Assembly (NCBI GenBank): GCA_951406725.2
Contig: OX597826.1
Location: 1,240,001 to 1,304,000, forward strand
Length of the DNA stretch: 64,000 nucleotides
Direction of reading: 5' to 3'
DNA from: Octopus vulgaris
Taxonomy: Eukaryota
Within the stretch, counting starts at the first letter, position 1, and each line of letters begins with the position of its first letter. Both the position numbers and the translations under genes were made by a program. Positions 25,843 through 37,995 of this stretch are shown in pieces. The notes beneath the pieces are model-generated. The model had not been told where the DNA came from. It was given only the letters and a program-made list of their open reading frames with translations, and made no database searches.

Positions 25843-26450
25843 GCATACATACATGCATGCATATATATATGTGTGTTGATCTTCATCATCATCATCGTTT
25901 AACATCCACTTTCCATGCTGGCATAGGTTTGACTGAGGATTGGTGAGCCAGAAGGCTGCACCAGGCTCAGTCTGATCTGGTAAAGTTTCTACAGCAGGAT
26001 GCCCTTCCTAATGCCAACCACTCAGTGTTGTGGGTGCTTTTTGCGTGACACCGGCACGAGGGCCAGTCAGGCGGTGTGTGTATATGTATTAGTGTGTGTG
26101 TACACATATGATGTAAATGTATATACATATATGTGACAGTTCCTCTCATCTATTTATCTCTAATTATCTGTCTAATCCCATTTAAAGAAATAAATTACTC
26201 ATGGTACTATCCAATAATTATTTTATGGCTCTCTGACTTCTGACACCATAGCCATTTAAATCTAGCTAAGGCTTGCTGTGTTTTCACTCCCTTCAAGGAT
26301 GCCTAGCTGGGAGGGTCGGTCATATCTTGTGGCATTTTTTCATCCAAACCAAATTTTTAAAAGGTTTTTTTTCATGATGCTATTGAACTATGCATCAATA
26401 AAAAATGTGTGTGAAACAACTGTTGTGAACTTTCAACCCATTTGTGTTCT

Positions 26451-26866
26451 TGGAGTGGCTGTGTGGTAAGTAGCTTGTTTACCAACCACATGGTTCCGGG
26501 TTCAGTCCCACTGCGTGGCACCTTGGGCAAGTGTCTTCTACTATAGCCTCGGGCTGACCAAAGCCTTATGAGTGGATTTGGTAGACGGAAACTGAAAGAA
26601 GCCTGTCGTATATATGCATATATATATATATATATATATATAAGTATATGCGTGTGTGTGTTTGTTCCCCTAGCATTGCTTGACAAGCGATGCTGGTGTA
26701 TTTATGTCCCTGTAACTTAGCAGTTTGCCAAAAGAGACTGATAGAATAAGTACTGGGCTTACAGAAGTATAAGTCCCGGGGTTTAATTGCTCGATTAAAG
26801 GCGGTGCTCGAGCATGGCCACAGTCGAATGACTGAAACAAGTAAAAGAGTAAAAGAGTAAAAGAGT
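26451..26866 (+). mobile_element. Full-length tRNA-derived SINE with CR1-type tail
   Basis: Near-identical to 18362-18735; tail (gtaaaaga)n. Confidence 0.88.
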
Positions 26867-26941
26867 AATATCTATTTATGTAGTTATTTTTCAACTATAG
26901 CCTTTGATTTGTATGGGTTCTCAACCCCTTTTCTACTAAAT

Positions 26942-27118
26942 GAGAGGGGTTACTGAAAAGTTCCTGGCTTTGGGTAAAAGAAAATATTCACAGATTCACA
27001 CACTTATTGCAGCAGCCCTTCGGTATTTCTAAGCCCTATAAAAGAACTTGCAAGGTTGGGCCTTCAACCAGGGCTTTCATGATCTCCTTAAAGCCAGGAA
27101 CTTTACAGCGCTTCCTTG
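26942..27118. mobile_element. Mariner-derived MITE
   Basis: gaggggttactgaaaagttcctggcttt ... aaagccaggaactttacagcgcttccttg|TA, imperfect TIRs. Confidence 0.65.
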
Positions 27119-27311
27119 TATGTCTGTGTACGCGTGTGCACACACGCACACACACACACACTGTGATTGCCTCAGTAAACAACTCTTCCTGAAAGCAACA
27201 ATGCTATTTTCACAAATCTCAAATATAAAATGAATAAATAAAATATAATATGTTAGTTTTTGTGCAGTATACTCAGCCAGTTGTACTATTTTTCCTTTCT
27301 TTCCTTTGTAG

Positions 27312-27465
27312 TGTTGTTGTATCGCAGTGGACAAAACTATTGATGATTGTAAAATACCACATTACACAGGCTCATTTTACCTATCATCTCATTGATGGGG
27401 CCGTTCCTCCAAAGAAACGGTCAGAGATTGTTGATGACTTCAACACAAATCCAAACGGTGCAAAG
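27312..27465 (+). CDS. TTF2: TTF2-like coding exon (helicase C domain, motif IV)
   Basis: tttgtag| ... |gtaagc. VVVSQWTKLLMIVKYHITQAHFTYHLIDGAVPPKKRSEIVDDFNTNPNGAK. Confidence 0.92.
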
Positions 27466-28411
27466 GTAAGCAACTCTATATCATCATCATCATCATCATT
27501 AAGCATCTGTTTTCCATGCTGGCATGGGTCAGACTGTTTGACTGGACCTGGTAAGCTGGACATCATTGTTATAATGTCCACTTCTCCATGCTTGCATGGG
27601 TCAGATGGAATTTGCTGTGCCAGATTTTCTACAGCTGGATACCCTTCCCGTCCCCAACCTTTACCTGTTTCCAAGCATGACAATATTTCCCCATATCTAT
27701 TTTGTACTTGTTTCAGTCATTTGACTGTGGCCATGCTAGATCCCGGCTTATCTAGCCATATTCTTCATAGAAGACTGGAAACTAACAACACTGCTTGTAT
27801 AACAGTGACACTCATTTACAACCATCAAATGATATCAAAACAAAGGTACACATAAGCACACACACTTATATCTATGTATGTACATGATGGGCTTCTTTCA
27901 GTTTCCTTCTACCAAATCTACTCTGATAAGCCTAGTTCAACCTGGGGCTGTAATATCTTAGATGCTTGTCCAAGATGCCAAGCAGTGGGATTGAACCACA
28001 AACAATGCAGTTGGGGAGTAAAAACATCTTAATTACAAAACCACACCTGCTGCACCATGGCAACTAAAACAATAAACCGGAGCATGTTAATTGGTTCTGT
28101 GTTTTGCTCTGTTGGGGTTGACAGCCATGCTGTGCTTACACTGTTGCTATCTATCATTCTTTTATCTATTATATATACCGCAACGGAAACTCTCATTTCA
28201 TTGAAAGGTGTCTTGGGCCAACAAGGGAACCCCTATACAGTTGTTCATACTGCTAGAAATAGCTAAATCTCCTGAAAAATGTCAGCTTGCCATCTTAAAA
28301 TAAGACAGTCATTATAAAATGTTGTCATAGATAAATCTGAAAAAAAGAAATGATGAGGTGGTCACTGTTGGAACACATTTGATCATAGGTCAACTTGATG
28401 ATCAAGATTGA

Positions 28412-28466
28412 GGTGGTTAGGTGTGTATCCCGGTGGTTAGGTGTGCAGCCCGGTGGTTAGGTGTGT
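28412..28466. repeat. 20-bp tandem repeat, ~3 copies
   Basis: (ggtggttaggtgtgyakccc)n. Confidence 0.8.
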
Positions 28467-28532
28467 AGAATGATGCTGAAATGAAAGAGCCCTATGATCT
28501 AATAACATTACTCACGGCCCAAAATAAATCTA

Positions 28533-29824
28533 CAAGGGACGTTCAATAAGTAATGTCCCTGAACCATTTGCAGTTGTTTGATCTAGCTGAAATTTTTCAT
28601 GTGCAATCATTTATATCTCTATAGAGTAAGTGACAAATTACAGCTCTGAACTAATTGTGGTTTCTGATTTACAGGTGTTTGAACTGAGTCAAGTGTGAAA
28701 TGGAGCCTGTTGAGTGTCGAGCAGTGATCCGGTTTTTGTATTTGAAAGGACGCACACCACGGGAGACTTTTGATGAAATGAAAGTAACTTATGGTGATGA
28801 TGCCCCATCATATGACCTTGTAAAATGCTGGCATTGTGAATTCAAACATGGTCGGAACTCTGTGGAAACAGCTCCCAGATCTAGTCGCACCCCTTCTGCC
28901 ATTGATGAGGCATCTGTCCGTCAAGTTGAGGCTGCCATTTTGGAAGATCGACGCATAGTTATTCGCCAAATAGCCCATGAGGTCAAGATTAGTACCAGGT
29001 CTGTGGAAACTATCATTCATGACCATTTGCATATGCAAAAGGTGTCTGCCAGATGGATTCCCAGGTTGCTCACGCCTTTCCAGAAGCAAGAACGCGTCGA
29101 GTGCTCGAGGATGAATTTGGAGATGTGCCAAGAAGATGAGTCAAAATTTTTCAAAAGACTGATTACACAGGATGAAACCTGGGTCCATCACGATGATCCA
29201 GAGACCAAAGCCCAGTCAATGCAGTGGAAGCACCGTGACTCACCCCCTCCAAAGAAGGCAAGGGTGCAGTCCTCCGCTGGCAAGGTCATGCTCACAGACT
29301 TCTGGAACCAGGACGGAGTAGTGATGACAGATTTCCTGGCAAAGGGTACCACAATTACAGGAGCCTATTATGCTTCACTTTTGAGGAAATTAAGAGAAGT
29401 TATCAAAATCAAGAGGCGGGGCAAGATTAGCAAAGGCATCCTCCTCCTGCAGGACAACGCTCCGGTCCACAACTCGCTTGTCGCCAGATCAGAAGCACAG
29501 GCGTATGGCTATGAACTCCTTCCCATCCCCCCTACTTTCCTGACCTTGCACCCTCTGATTTTCACCTTTTCCCAGTCATGAAGTTGTTTTTGAAAGGAAA
29601 GCGTTTCCCAGATGATGCAGCCTTGATTTCTGAAGTCACGTTCAGGTTGGAGGACCAAGCTGGGGTCTTCTACAAAAACGGTCTCCAGAGCCGCATCAAA
29701 CGATGGTAGAAATGCGTAACTCTGGGTGGTTCCTATGTAGAAAAAGACTAATAACTGTACCAAGTTTCGTTGCTCTACTGCTATGGGAAGTGGGTCAGGG
29801 GCATTACTTATTGAACGCCCCTCG
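28533..29824 (+). mobile_element. Full-length ~1.29-kb mariner element (DD34D type, irritans-like)
   Basis: TA|caagggacgttcaataagtaatg ... cattacttattgaacgcccctcg|TA. Confidence 0.95.
28700..29752 (+). pseudogene. Mariner transposase, frameshifted near 29520 with a later stop
   Basis: KVSARWIPRLL, ITQDETWVHH and LLQDNAPVH. HPPY(F)PDLAPSDF continues in a shifted frame. Confidence 0.9.
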
Positions 29825-30283
29825 TATATCTACAAATGTCTAAGTAGAAAATTTTGTCCCAAAACTATTCCGGCTGTGAAAGATCTTCTCGCATCCAATT
29901 ATATTCAACAATGTCAAACATGACAATACACAAATATATGAAGGTTCATGGCTCACTGGTTAGAGCATTGGACTCACAATCATGAGATAGTGAGTTCAAT
30001 TCTTGGACCAGGCAGTGTGTTGTATTCTTAAGCAAGACACTTTATTTCATGTTGCTCCAATTCACTCTGCTGTAGAAATGAGTTGTGATGTCATTGGTGC
30101 CAAGTTGTATCAGCCCCTTCGCCTTTCCCTTGGATAACATCAGTGATATGGATAGGGGAGGCTGCTGGTCTTCCATAAACAACTTTGCCTGGACTTGGAC
30201 CTTAGAGGGAATTTTCTAGGTTCAATCCCATTGTTATTCATGACAGATAGGAGTCTGTATTAAACTAAAGTCTTATATTCCAG

Positions 30284-30366
30284 ATATTGCTTCTGTCATT
30301 AAAAGCTGGTGGTGTTGGTCTAAACTTGATTGGTGGCAGACATTTGTTTTTACTTGATAATCACTG
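30284..30366 (+). CDS. TTF2: TTF2-like coding exon (helicase motif V)
   Basis: ttccag| ... |gtaaat. [27 protein letters not shown](W). Confidence 0.92.
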
Positions 30367-30973
30367 GTAAATATTTTTCCTCTTTCTTTTCTTCTTCTTC
30401 TGATGCTGAAACTGGAATGTTCAATCAGCCAAATTATTTGCTTATTAAATTAATAAGTGGCTGAGTATTTTTCAGGTGCATGTACCTTTTAAGGCAATTT
30501 TCAGATAGAATTTACCTGTTAAAATGCATGACAATGGTATACCTTTAAATTGCAGATACAATCCGCTCAGTAGGCTTCTTTGCAGTTTCTATCTTCCCAG
30601 TTTCACTCAGAGAGTTTGGTTCAACCTGGGTCAAAAGAAAATGACATTTACCCAAGATACTATACAGTGTGATTGAACCTGGGACATTGTGGTTTTAAAG
30701 CAAACTTCTTAACCATTCAGCCGTATTGCATACCTGCATTATGCAGGCATGCATACATATCATCATCATCATCACCATTTAACTTCTGTTCTCTGTGCTG
30801 GCATGGAATAAACAGTTCGACAAGATGCCAGAGAGCTGTGCCAGGCTCCATTTGTCTGCATTGGCATGGTTTCTACTGCTGGATGTCCTTCCTAGTGCCA
30901 ACCACTTTACAGAGTGTACTGTGTGCTTTATACATGGTACCAACACAGGTGCTTTTTACATAGCACCAGCAAA

Positions 30974-31017
<44 letters not shown>

Positions 31018-31038
31018 GACAAGTGATCAAGGCCTCTG

Positions 31039-31562
31039 ATGTAGCTGTGCTTGAGAAATCACGTGAAGCCAAGCCATAGTCACGGCCAGTGCCATGTAAA
31101 AGACACCTGTGTTGGTGACAAGTAAAAGTCACCTGTACTGGTGACATGTTAAAAGCTCCCCTCCTGGTAACACGTAAGAGGCACTTGTGTGAGTGACATG
31201 TTGGAGGCACCTGTGCCAGTGACACATAAAAGGCACCTACTACAGGAAAAGGCATCCAGTTCTCTGGCATCTTCTGTCGACTGGAACTGGTAAGCTGGAG
31301 AGCTGTACTATGCTTGGTTTGTCTTGGTTTGATTTCTAAGGCTGGATGCCTTTTCCTGTAGTAGGTGCCTTTTATGTGTCACTGGCACAGGTGCCTCCAA
31401 CATGTCACTCACACAAGTGCCTCTTACGTGTTACCAGGAGGGGAGCTTTTAACATGTCACCAGTACAGGTGACTTTTACTTGTCACCAACACAGGTGTCT
31501 TTTACATGGCACTGGCCGTGACTATGGCTTGGCTTCACGTGTCTTCTCAAGCACAGCTACAT
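31039..31562. repeat. Near-perfect inverted repeat (~220-bp arms, ~80-nt spacer) made of RTE 3' UTR sequence
   Basis: 31039-31259 is the reverse complement of 31342-31562; the ORF track shows mirror-image ORFs. Confidence 0.92.
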
Positions 31563-31724
31563 AGAAAATGGACAGTAAATGATGATGATGATCAACACTC
31601 ATGTTGTAGATGAGAGATGGGAGTTCTACCATTCCTTGTTGAACAACCTGCATACAGGGTTTTTACAGTGATTGAGTATTTGTGCTGAAATTATAGCTAT
31701 TAATTATAGATATTAATTATAGAT

Positions 31725-31783
31725 ATTAAACTATAGTCTTATATTCCAGATATTACTTCTGTCGTTAAAAGCTGGTGGTAAAT
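31725..31783 (+). pseudogene. Partial duplicate of the 30284 exon with its splice acceptor
   Basis: tattaaacta(t/a)agtcttatattccag|ATATTACTTCTGTCGTTAAAAGCTGGTG|gtaaat. Confidence 0.85.
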
Positions 31784-32004
31784 TGACATTGCCTGTACAG
31801 GTGCACTAAGATGTTTTGCTCACAAACACAATATACAGCCAGGTCTGGGAATTGAAACTACGTTCTTGCAGCTGTGAGTGCAACACCCTAATCACTCGGC
31901 CACTCCATTTATACATTATGCATGCTTTATATGTAATATACGGTCAGTCATTCAATAATGTTTTTTTCAGTTTTTAAAAATGTTCTTTTTTTCACTTCTT
32001 GCAG

Positions 32005-32079
32005 GAACCCAGCTTTGGAAGAACAAGCCAGTGACCGTATCTATAGAGTTGGTCAAAAACATGATGTTGAGATTCATCG
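32005..32079 (+). CDS. TTF2: TTF2-like coding exon (helicase motif VI)
   Basis: ttgcag| ... |gtaagt. NPALEEQASDRIYRVGQKHDVEIH(R), the QAxDRxxRxGQ motif. Confidence 0.93.
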
Positions 32080-32314
32080 GTAAGTTTTGAGTCTTTTATT
32101 TCCATTATTCCACATCATGCCAGTCATTCCTTTTATGATTTAGTCAGAGGGGAAGTTCAGCAACTGTGACCTGGACATGTTTTTTACAGGAGAATGGAAA
32201 GGACCAACGCTGGTTGTATGAATGGTGATGTTCCTTTACTATTGTCACACAATGTCATGACAAGGAGACATTAACACATACACAATGGCATGCGCATACA
32301 TACACACACACACC

Positions 32315-32665
32315 TTTTTACATGTTTCAGTCATTTGACTGTGGCCATGCTGGAACACTGCCTTTAGCTGAAGAAATCGACCCTAGGACTTATTCTTTGT
32401 AAGCTTAGTACTTATTTTATCAGTCTCTTTTGCTGAACCACTAAGTTTTGGGGACATAAACACATCGACATTGGTTGTCAATAAAGACACACACACACAC
32501 ATAAATATATATACGACAGGCTTCTTTCAGTTTCCATCTACCAAATCCACTCACAAGGCTTTGGTCGGTCTGAGACTATAATAGAAGACACTTGCCCTGG
32601 GTGCTACGCAGTGGGACTGAACCTGGAACTATGTGGTTGGGAAGCAAGCTTCTTACCACACTGCT
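32315..32665 (-). mobile_element. tRNA-derived SINE
   Basis: Reverse complement of the 18362 family. Confidence 0.85.
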
Positions 32666-33249
32666 ACACCTTATACACACATGTAGCTGAGATTGGATGA
32701 AACTTTTGGATGGAACTTGTGAAAGAGGGAGACCCAGGAAAACATGGGGCGGTTTCAGGACACTGAACCTTATGGAGGAGATGACAAAGGGCCCAAATAT
32801 CTGGTGCCTTGTTGTACTCAAGAAGACCCTTGCTCCACAGCAGAAGTGTTAATGTTGTTTCCCTTGCTGAAGAGGATTGGCCTGTAAGGGCCCTGTGCTG
32901 GTGCCACCTAAAAGGCACCCAACACACTTTGTAAAGTGGTTGGCATTAGGAAGGGCATTCAGCTGTAGAAACCAAACCGAATCGGACTGAAACCTTGTGC
33001 ACCTCTCTGATCAAACTCTCCAACCCATACCAGCATGGAAAACAGACATTATAGGATGAGGATGATGCTGTATATATACACAAACGATGGGCCTCTTTCA
33101 CTTTCTGTTTATTACATCCACTTAAAAGGCTTTGGTCAAGCTATATAGAAGACATTGCGATGGGATGAGGCTGAACCTGTAATCAGGTGGTTGAGAAGGA
33201 AACGGTTTAACCTTGCAACCACGCCTCTGGCTAAGTTTTATATTTCTTG

Positions 33250-33490
33250 TCAAGGTGGTGAGCTGGCAGAAATGTTAGCATGCTGGACCAAATGCTTAGT
33301 GGTATTTCGTCTGGCGCTACATTCTGAGTTCAAATTCCCCCGAGGTTGACTTAGCCTTTCATCATTTTAGGGTCGATTAAATGAGTACCAGTTATGCACT
33401 GGGGTCGATGTAATCGACTTAATCCCTTTGTCTGTCCTTGTTTGTCCCCTCTATGTTTAGCCCCTTGTGGGTAATAAAGAAATAAGAAAT
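33250..33490 (+). mobile_element. tRNA-derived SINE of another family (also ~15772-15990; fragments ~50390-50630 on minus strand)
   Basis: ggtggtgagctggcagaa..gagttcaaattcc..ggggtcgattaaatgagtaccag..aataaagaaataagaaat. Confidence 0.8.
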
Positions 33491-33588
33491 AAGTTTTATA
33501 TTTCTGAATTTTATTTTGTTAAAGAAAACCCAAGTTTTATCAAGGCAGAATCTCAGACAAATTTTTATCTATTTATTTTTTTTCTAAG

Positions 33589-33672
33589 GTTTGTCTGTCT
33601 GAACACAATTGAGGAGAAGATTTTAACATTACAAAGTCAGAAACGTAAATTGGCCAAAGATGTATTGACAAC
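33589..33672 (+). CDS. TTF2: TTF2-like coding exon
   Basis: ttctaag| ... |gtaagt. FVCLNTIEEKILTLQSQKRKLAKDVLT. Confidence 0.9.
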
Positions 33673-34505
33673 GTAAGTTTCTCTTTACATGTCTTCACAC
33701 TGTTTGACTATTTCATTTTAATATCTGGTTTGCGTGCTTCTTGATGTGAACTCGTGTGTTTAAAGATATTTCGTTGTATTTCAGGGTGGGGTTGGTCATT
33801 ATACCAATAATAAACACACATGCTGGTTTTATTTTACTTCTTTGTTTTCATTAGTAAGTTGGTCAATGAATTAACTAATCAATTATTTCATTAATTGTTC
33901 GGTTAATTAGTCAATCAGCTAGGTTTGTCAGACTCCATTTTTGTTTTTTTATTGCTGTTTGTGACCACAACAACAACAACATGCCCTGAAACAGACCTGG
34001 AATAGAGAGGGCATATTATAAGGTTGTGAATGATAATGACAGGACTTTGACAACCTTGGCTGATTGATTGACTAACTGAACGTTAAAAGCACACTCTGTA
34101 AAGTGGTTGGTATTGGGAAGGGCATCCAGCCATAGAACCCATACCACAACAGACCATATGTCAGTATGGAAAATGGACATTGAATGATGATGATGATGAT
34201 GATTGAAACAAATGGAAAGTGGCTTATTCAGTTGAATCGATATCTGGTCCTTGTATATGAGATGTTCACTGTTGGAATCTCTGCATTGGATGTCTGCAAA
34301 TGACTAGCATGGTCAGCTTCTTGTGAAACTGGGTTCACTTGCTGGAATGAGTTCATTTCCTCCGAGGGTTGAATACCAACACAAGTGCAATTATTTTGCT
34401 GCTCCAGCTAGGGAAAGATGGGGAAGAATCTATAAACATTGCCTTTTCTTAAACACATCAATAAAGGTTGAAGAAAATTTACTCTCCTTTTCTTTTTGTT
34501 AACAG

Positions 34506-34569
34506 GTCAGGACAAAGCAACAGTCGCTTGCAACTGAATGACTTGCGAATGCTGTTTGAGATTAAATGA
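34506..34569 (+). CDS. TTF2: TTF2-like last coding exon with stop codon
   Basis: taacag| then SGQSNSRLQLNDLRMLFEIK-TGA. Resembles the vertebrate TTF2 C-terminus (KLTLADLRVLFGI). Confidence 0.88.
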
Positions 34570-35164
34570 ACAGAGAAAAAGACAAAAAAGGCAAATCTTC
34601 CACTTGTGTCTCCTTCTTGTTATGGTTTATTCTTTTAATAAGATTATATTTTTATATTCGTGAAATATCCAAAACAACTGGACTCTAAATTGAGATGATC
34701 TAGTGTAGTTATTTAGCTAAGTTGTTCCTAGTTCAAATCTTGTAGAGTTTCACTTCATTACTGTTACTTGTTAATTATTAAATAATTATAATTACCCAAT
34801 GCTGAGAAAACAGCAGAAAGATTGGCTATTTTACACTTATAAAATGGAAAAAAAGGTTGCCAAGGGTGACTGATAATATTTTTTTGTCTTATCTTAAAAG
34901 GGTTGAAATATCCAGCCTTTCTACTGTTTTCTTAGCTATACTACATTTGAAATTTACTTTCTTCTCTGTAAAATACCAAACACATTTGATGCTTCCAAAG
35001 TTTGTTTATAAAGTTATAACTATTGTTAGAAACTGTGGAACAATGAAAAGCATTTAGTTTCCTTGTTGGCATCTTGAATTCAAATTCTGCAGGGATCAGA
35101 TGCATGGACGTATCAGACAATTTAGGCAGTACATATTCAGGAAGAAATGATTTTAGTGCATTAA

Positions 35165-35384
35165 CCTTTTAGCTTTCAAATTACTCCATCGAATATAGTG
35201 CCTTTTTTTATACAAACTGTTTTGACTTAACCTTGCATTATCTTATAATTTTCAGACTTCCATGATATGATTGTTTCTTTTTAGAATGTTAGTGTAGGTT
35301 GGGTGTGAAAGATTAGATGTGGCCAATTTGAATGTCAAACATAGAATATTTGGACTGGATTTGGCTGGTTTAAATGCTAAAGGA
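35165..35384. mobile_element. TTAA-flanked MITE (piggyBac-like), probably within or near the TTF2 3' UTR
   Basis: TTAA|ccttttagc ... gctaaagga|TTAA. Confidence 0.65.
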
Positions 35385-35989
35385 TTAAAAATTATGTGAG
35401 ACCCAACTTCATCTATAGGATACAGAGTGATGTTTTATTTTGAGACATGCTTTTCAAAAACATGCATGTTAAGCCATCAAATATGGCACTACTAATTAAT
35501 TTTGTACTTAATTTGTAAGATAATTATTTTTATTAAAATTGTTTTTAATATTTGTTCTCACGTGTACAGTGATTATTTTAAAATAAGCAAATTAAAATCA
35601 TATCTTCTTTTGTATTTATATTAAGCCACAAATTTATATTGTAGCAGAAAGACGGTCGACTTCTATAGAAGGTAATCAAGCTGTGTAGCTCTGAGAGAGT
35701 GTTAATCTCTTTTTGAACTGACCATTGTCGTCATGTAATAACAGAGGACTTAAAGATATCCATCTGTGAGTGACAAGTAAAGCCTGATTGAGATAACGAG
35801 TGTGTCCACTTTTTGAAAGATGAACGTAAGTGTAGCTTTCTTGCCCCCTCCCCATCATTTCTGTCCCATATATACACACACACATGTATATACTCATACG
35901 TGAATACATACATGTATGTATATACACATATATCCATACACGTATATATACACACATATCTATACATACATGTATATAAATATATATAT

Positions 35990-36427
35990 TGGTAAACACG
36001 GTAAGATAACAAAAGAAAGAAAGAGACCTCAATATTATGTAAATAGAAGAAATTTATCTATAAATTAATATGTTACAATTACTCAATAGTCAAGATAAAA
36101 CTCTGAGTTTCAGATGCCGAATTGGAAATCCACAACACGATCCCTTTGGTTATCTGGCCATCTGAAAAAACGCTATGAAAAAATACCGTTATACAAAGGG
36201 AAATTACTGTGTTATAATTCTTCTACTTATATAAAATAAGATTAAAAGTTCATAGTAAACATGTAAACACGGCTAGTCATATGCTCACATGTGCACTCGG
36301 TATTTTTTCATAGCGTTTTTTCAGATGGCCAGATAACCGAAGAGATGGTGTTGTGGATTTCCACTTCGGCATCTGAAACTCAGAGTTTTATCTTGACTAT
36401 TGAGTAATTGTAACATATTAATTTATA
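35990..36427. repeat. Inverted repeat (~130-bp arms), Penelope-type pLTR pair with mutated hammerheads
   Basis: 36059-36188 is the reverse complement of 36298-36427. Confidence 0.85.
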
Positions 36428-36449
36428 TATATATATATATATATGTATA

Positions 36450-36492
<43 letters not shown>

Positions 36493-36540
36493 AAACAAGT
36501 CAAGATAGAAAATGCTTAAATAATTTTATAAAGAACATTT

Positions 36541-36578
36541 CAGTACCGGTTTCGGTCATTTTGAGACCTTTTCAACTG
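36541..36578 (-). ncRNA. Minimal hammerhead variant (U3-A8)
   Basis: Minus strand: CAG UUGAAAA GGUC UCAAAAU GACC GAAA CCGG UA^ CUG. Confidence 0.6.
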
Positions 36579-36599
36579 TAACGATTAAATAATTGAATT

Positions 36600-36606
<7 letters not shown>

Positions 36607-36631
<25 letters not shown>

Positions 36632-37995
36632 TTAGCGTCCGTTTTCCATGCTAGCATGGGTTGGACGGTTCTGCTGGGGTCTGTGAAGCCAGAAGGCTTC
36701 ATCAGGCCCAGTCAAATCTGGCAGTGTTTCTACGGCTGGATGCCCTTCCTAACGCCAACCACTCCGTGAGTGTAGTGGGTGCTTTTTACGTGCCACCCGC
36801 ACTGGTGCCAGACAGAGCTGGCAAACGGCCACGAACGAATGGTGCTTTTTATGTGCCACCGGCACGGGGGCCAGGCGAGGCTGGCAACGGACACGAAACG
36901 GGGCGGTGCTGGCAACGGTCGCGAAACGGAAAGTTCTCTTACATGCCACCGGCACTGGTAACACATCTGCAATTTCCATTGATCGATTTCGATTCTGATC
37001 CTCACTTGCCTCAATGGGTCTTCACAAGCAGAGTTTCGACATGCCACCGGCACTGGTAGCACATCCGCAATTTCCATTGATCGATTTCGATTCTGATCCT
37101 CACTTGCCTCAACACGTCTTCACAAGTAGAGTTTTGTGTCCCAAGAAGGGAAGGTATGCATACGTAGGCTGGCTCCATCCCATGTAGAAGGCCACGGGTT
37201 GTGGACTCACTTGTCCTGCCGGGTCTTCTCGTGCACAGCACACTTCCAGAGGTCTCGGTCTCTAGTCATTTCCTCAGTGAGACCTAAAGTTCGAAGGTCG
37301 TGCTTCACCACCTCGTCCCAGGTTTTCCTGGGTCTGCCTCTTCCACAGGTTCCCTCAACCGCTAGGGTGTGGCACTTTTTCACACAACTATCTTCATCCA
37401 TTCTCGCCACATGACCATACCAGCGCAAACGTCTCTCTTGCACACCACAACTGATGCTTCTTAGGTCCAGCTTTTCTCTCAAGGTACTTACACTCTGCCG
37501 AGTGTGAGTACTGGCATTACACATCCATCGGAGCATACTGGCTTCATTTCTAGCGAGCTTACGCATATCCTCAGCAGTCACGGCCCATGTTTCACTGCCA
37601 TGTAGCATGGCTGTTCGTACACACGCATCATACAGTCTGCCTTTCACTCTGTGCGAGAGGCCTTTTGTCACCAGCAGAGGTAAGAGCTCTCTGAACTTTG
37701 CCCAAGCTATTCTTACTCTAGCAGTTACACTTTCAGCACACCCGCCCCCGCTGCTGACTTGGTCACCTAGGTAACGGAAACTATCAACTATTTCTAGTTT
37801 TTCTCCCTGGAAAGTGACAGAAGTTGGTCTCAGAGCATTTTCAGTGTTTATTGTTCCTGAGCATCTGCCACATACAAAAACCATCTTCCTAGTTAGCCTT
37901 CCTTTGACATTGCTGCATCTCTTATGTGTCCATAGCTTACACTTGGTGCATCTGATAAGAACCTTTTCTACAGATCGAGCAGGGCCATCTACCTG
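36607..37995 (-). mobile_element. 5'-truncated RTE LINE
   Basis: ORF 37207-37884 (FRYLGDQV..AMLHGSETW..RRLRWYGHV..GRGRPRKTW), 3' UTR and (GAT)n tail. Confidence 0.92.

Noticed and set aside
27250-27855. 201-aa ORF
   Set aside because: Only 27312-27465 is a TTF2 exon; the rest is read-through into intron and repeat sequence.
35645-35825. AG...GTAAGT-bounded unique segment downstream of the TTF2 stop
   Set aside because: Stops occur in all three + frames and no homology is recognisable. A non-coding exon cannot be supported without RNA data.
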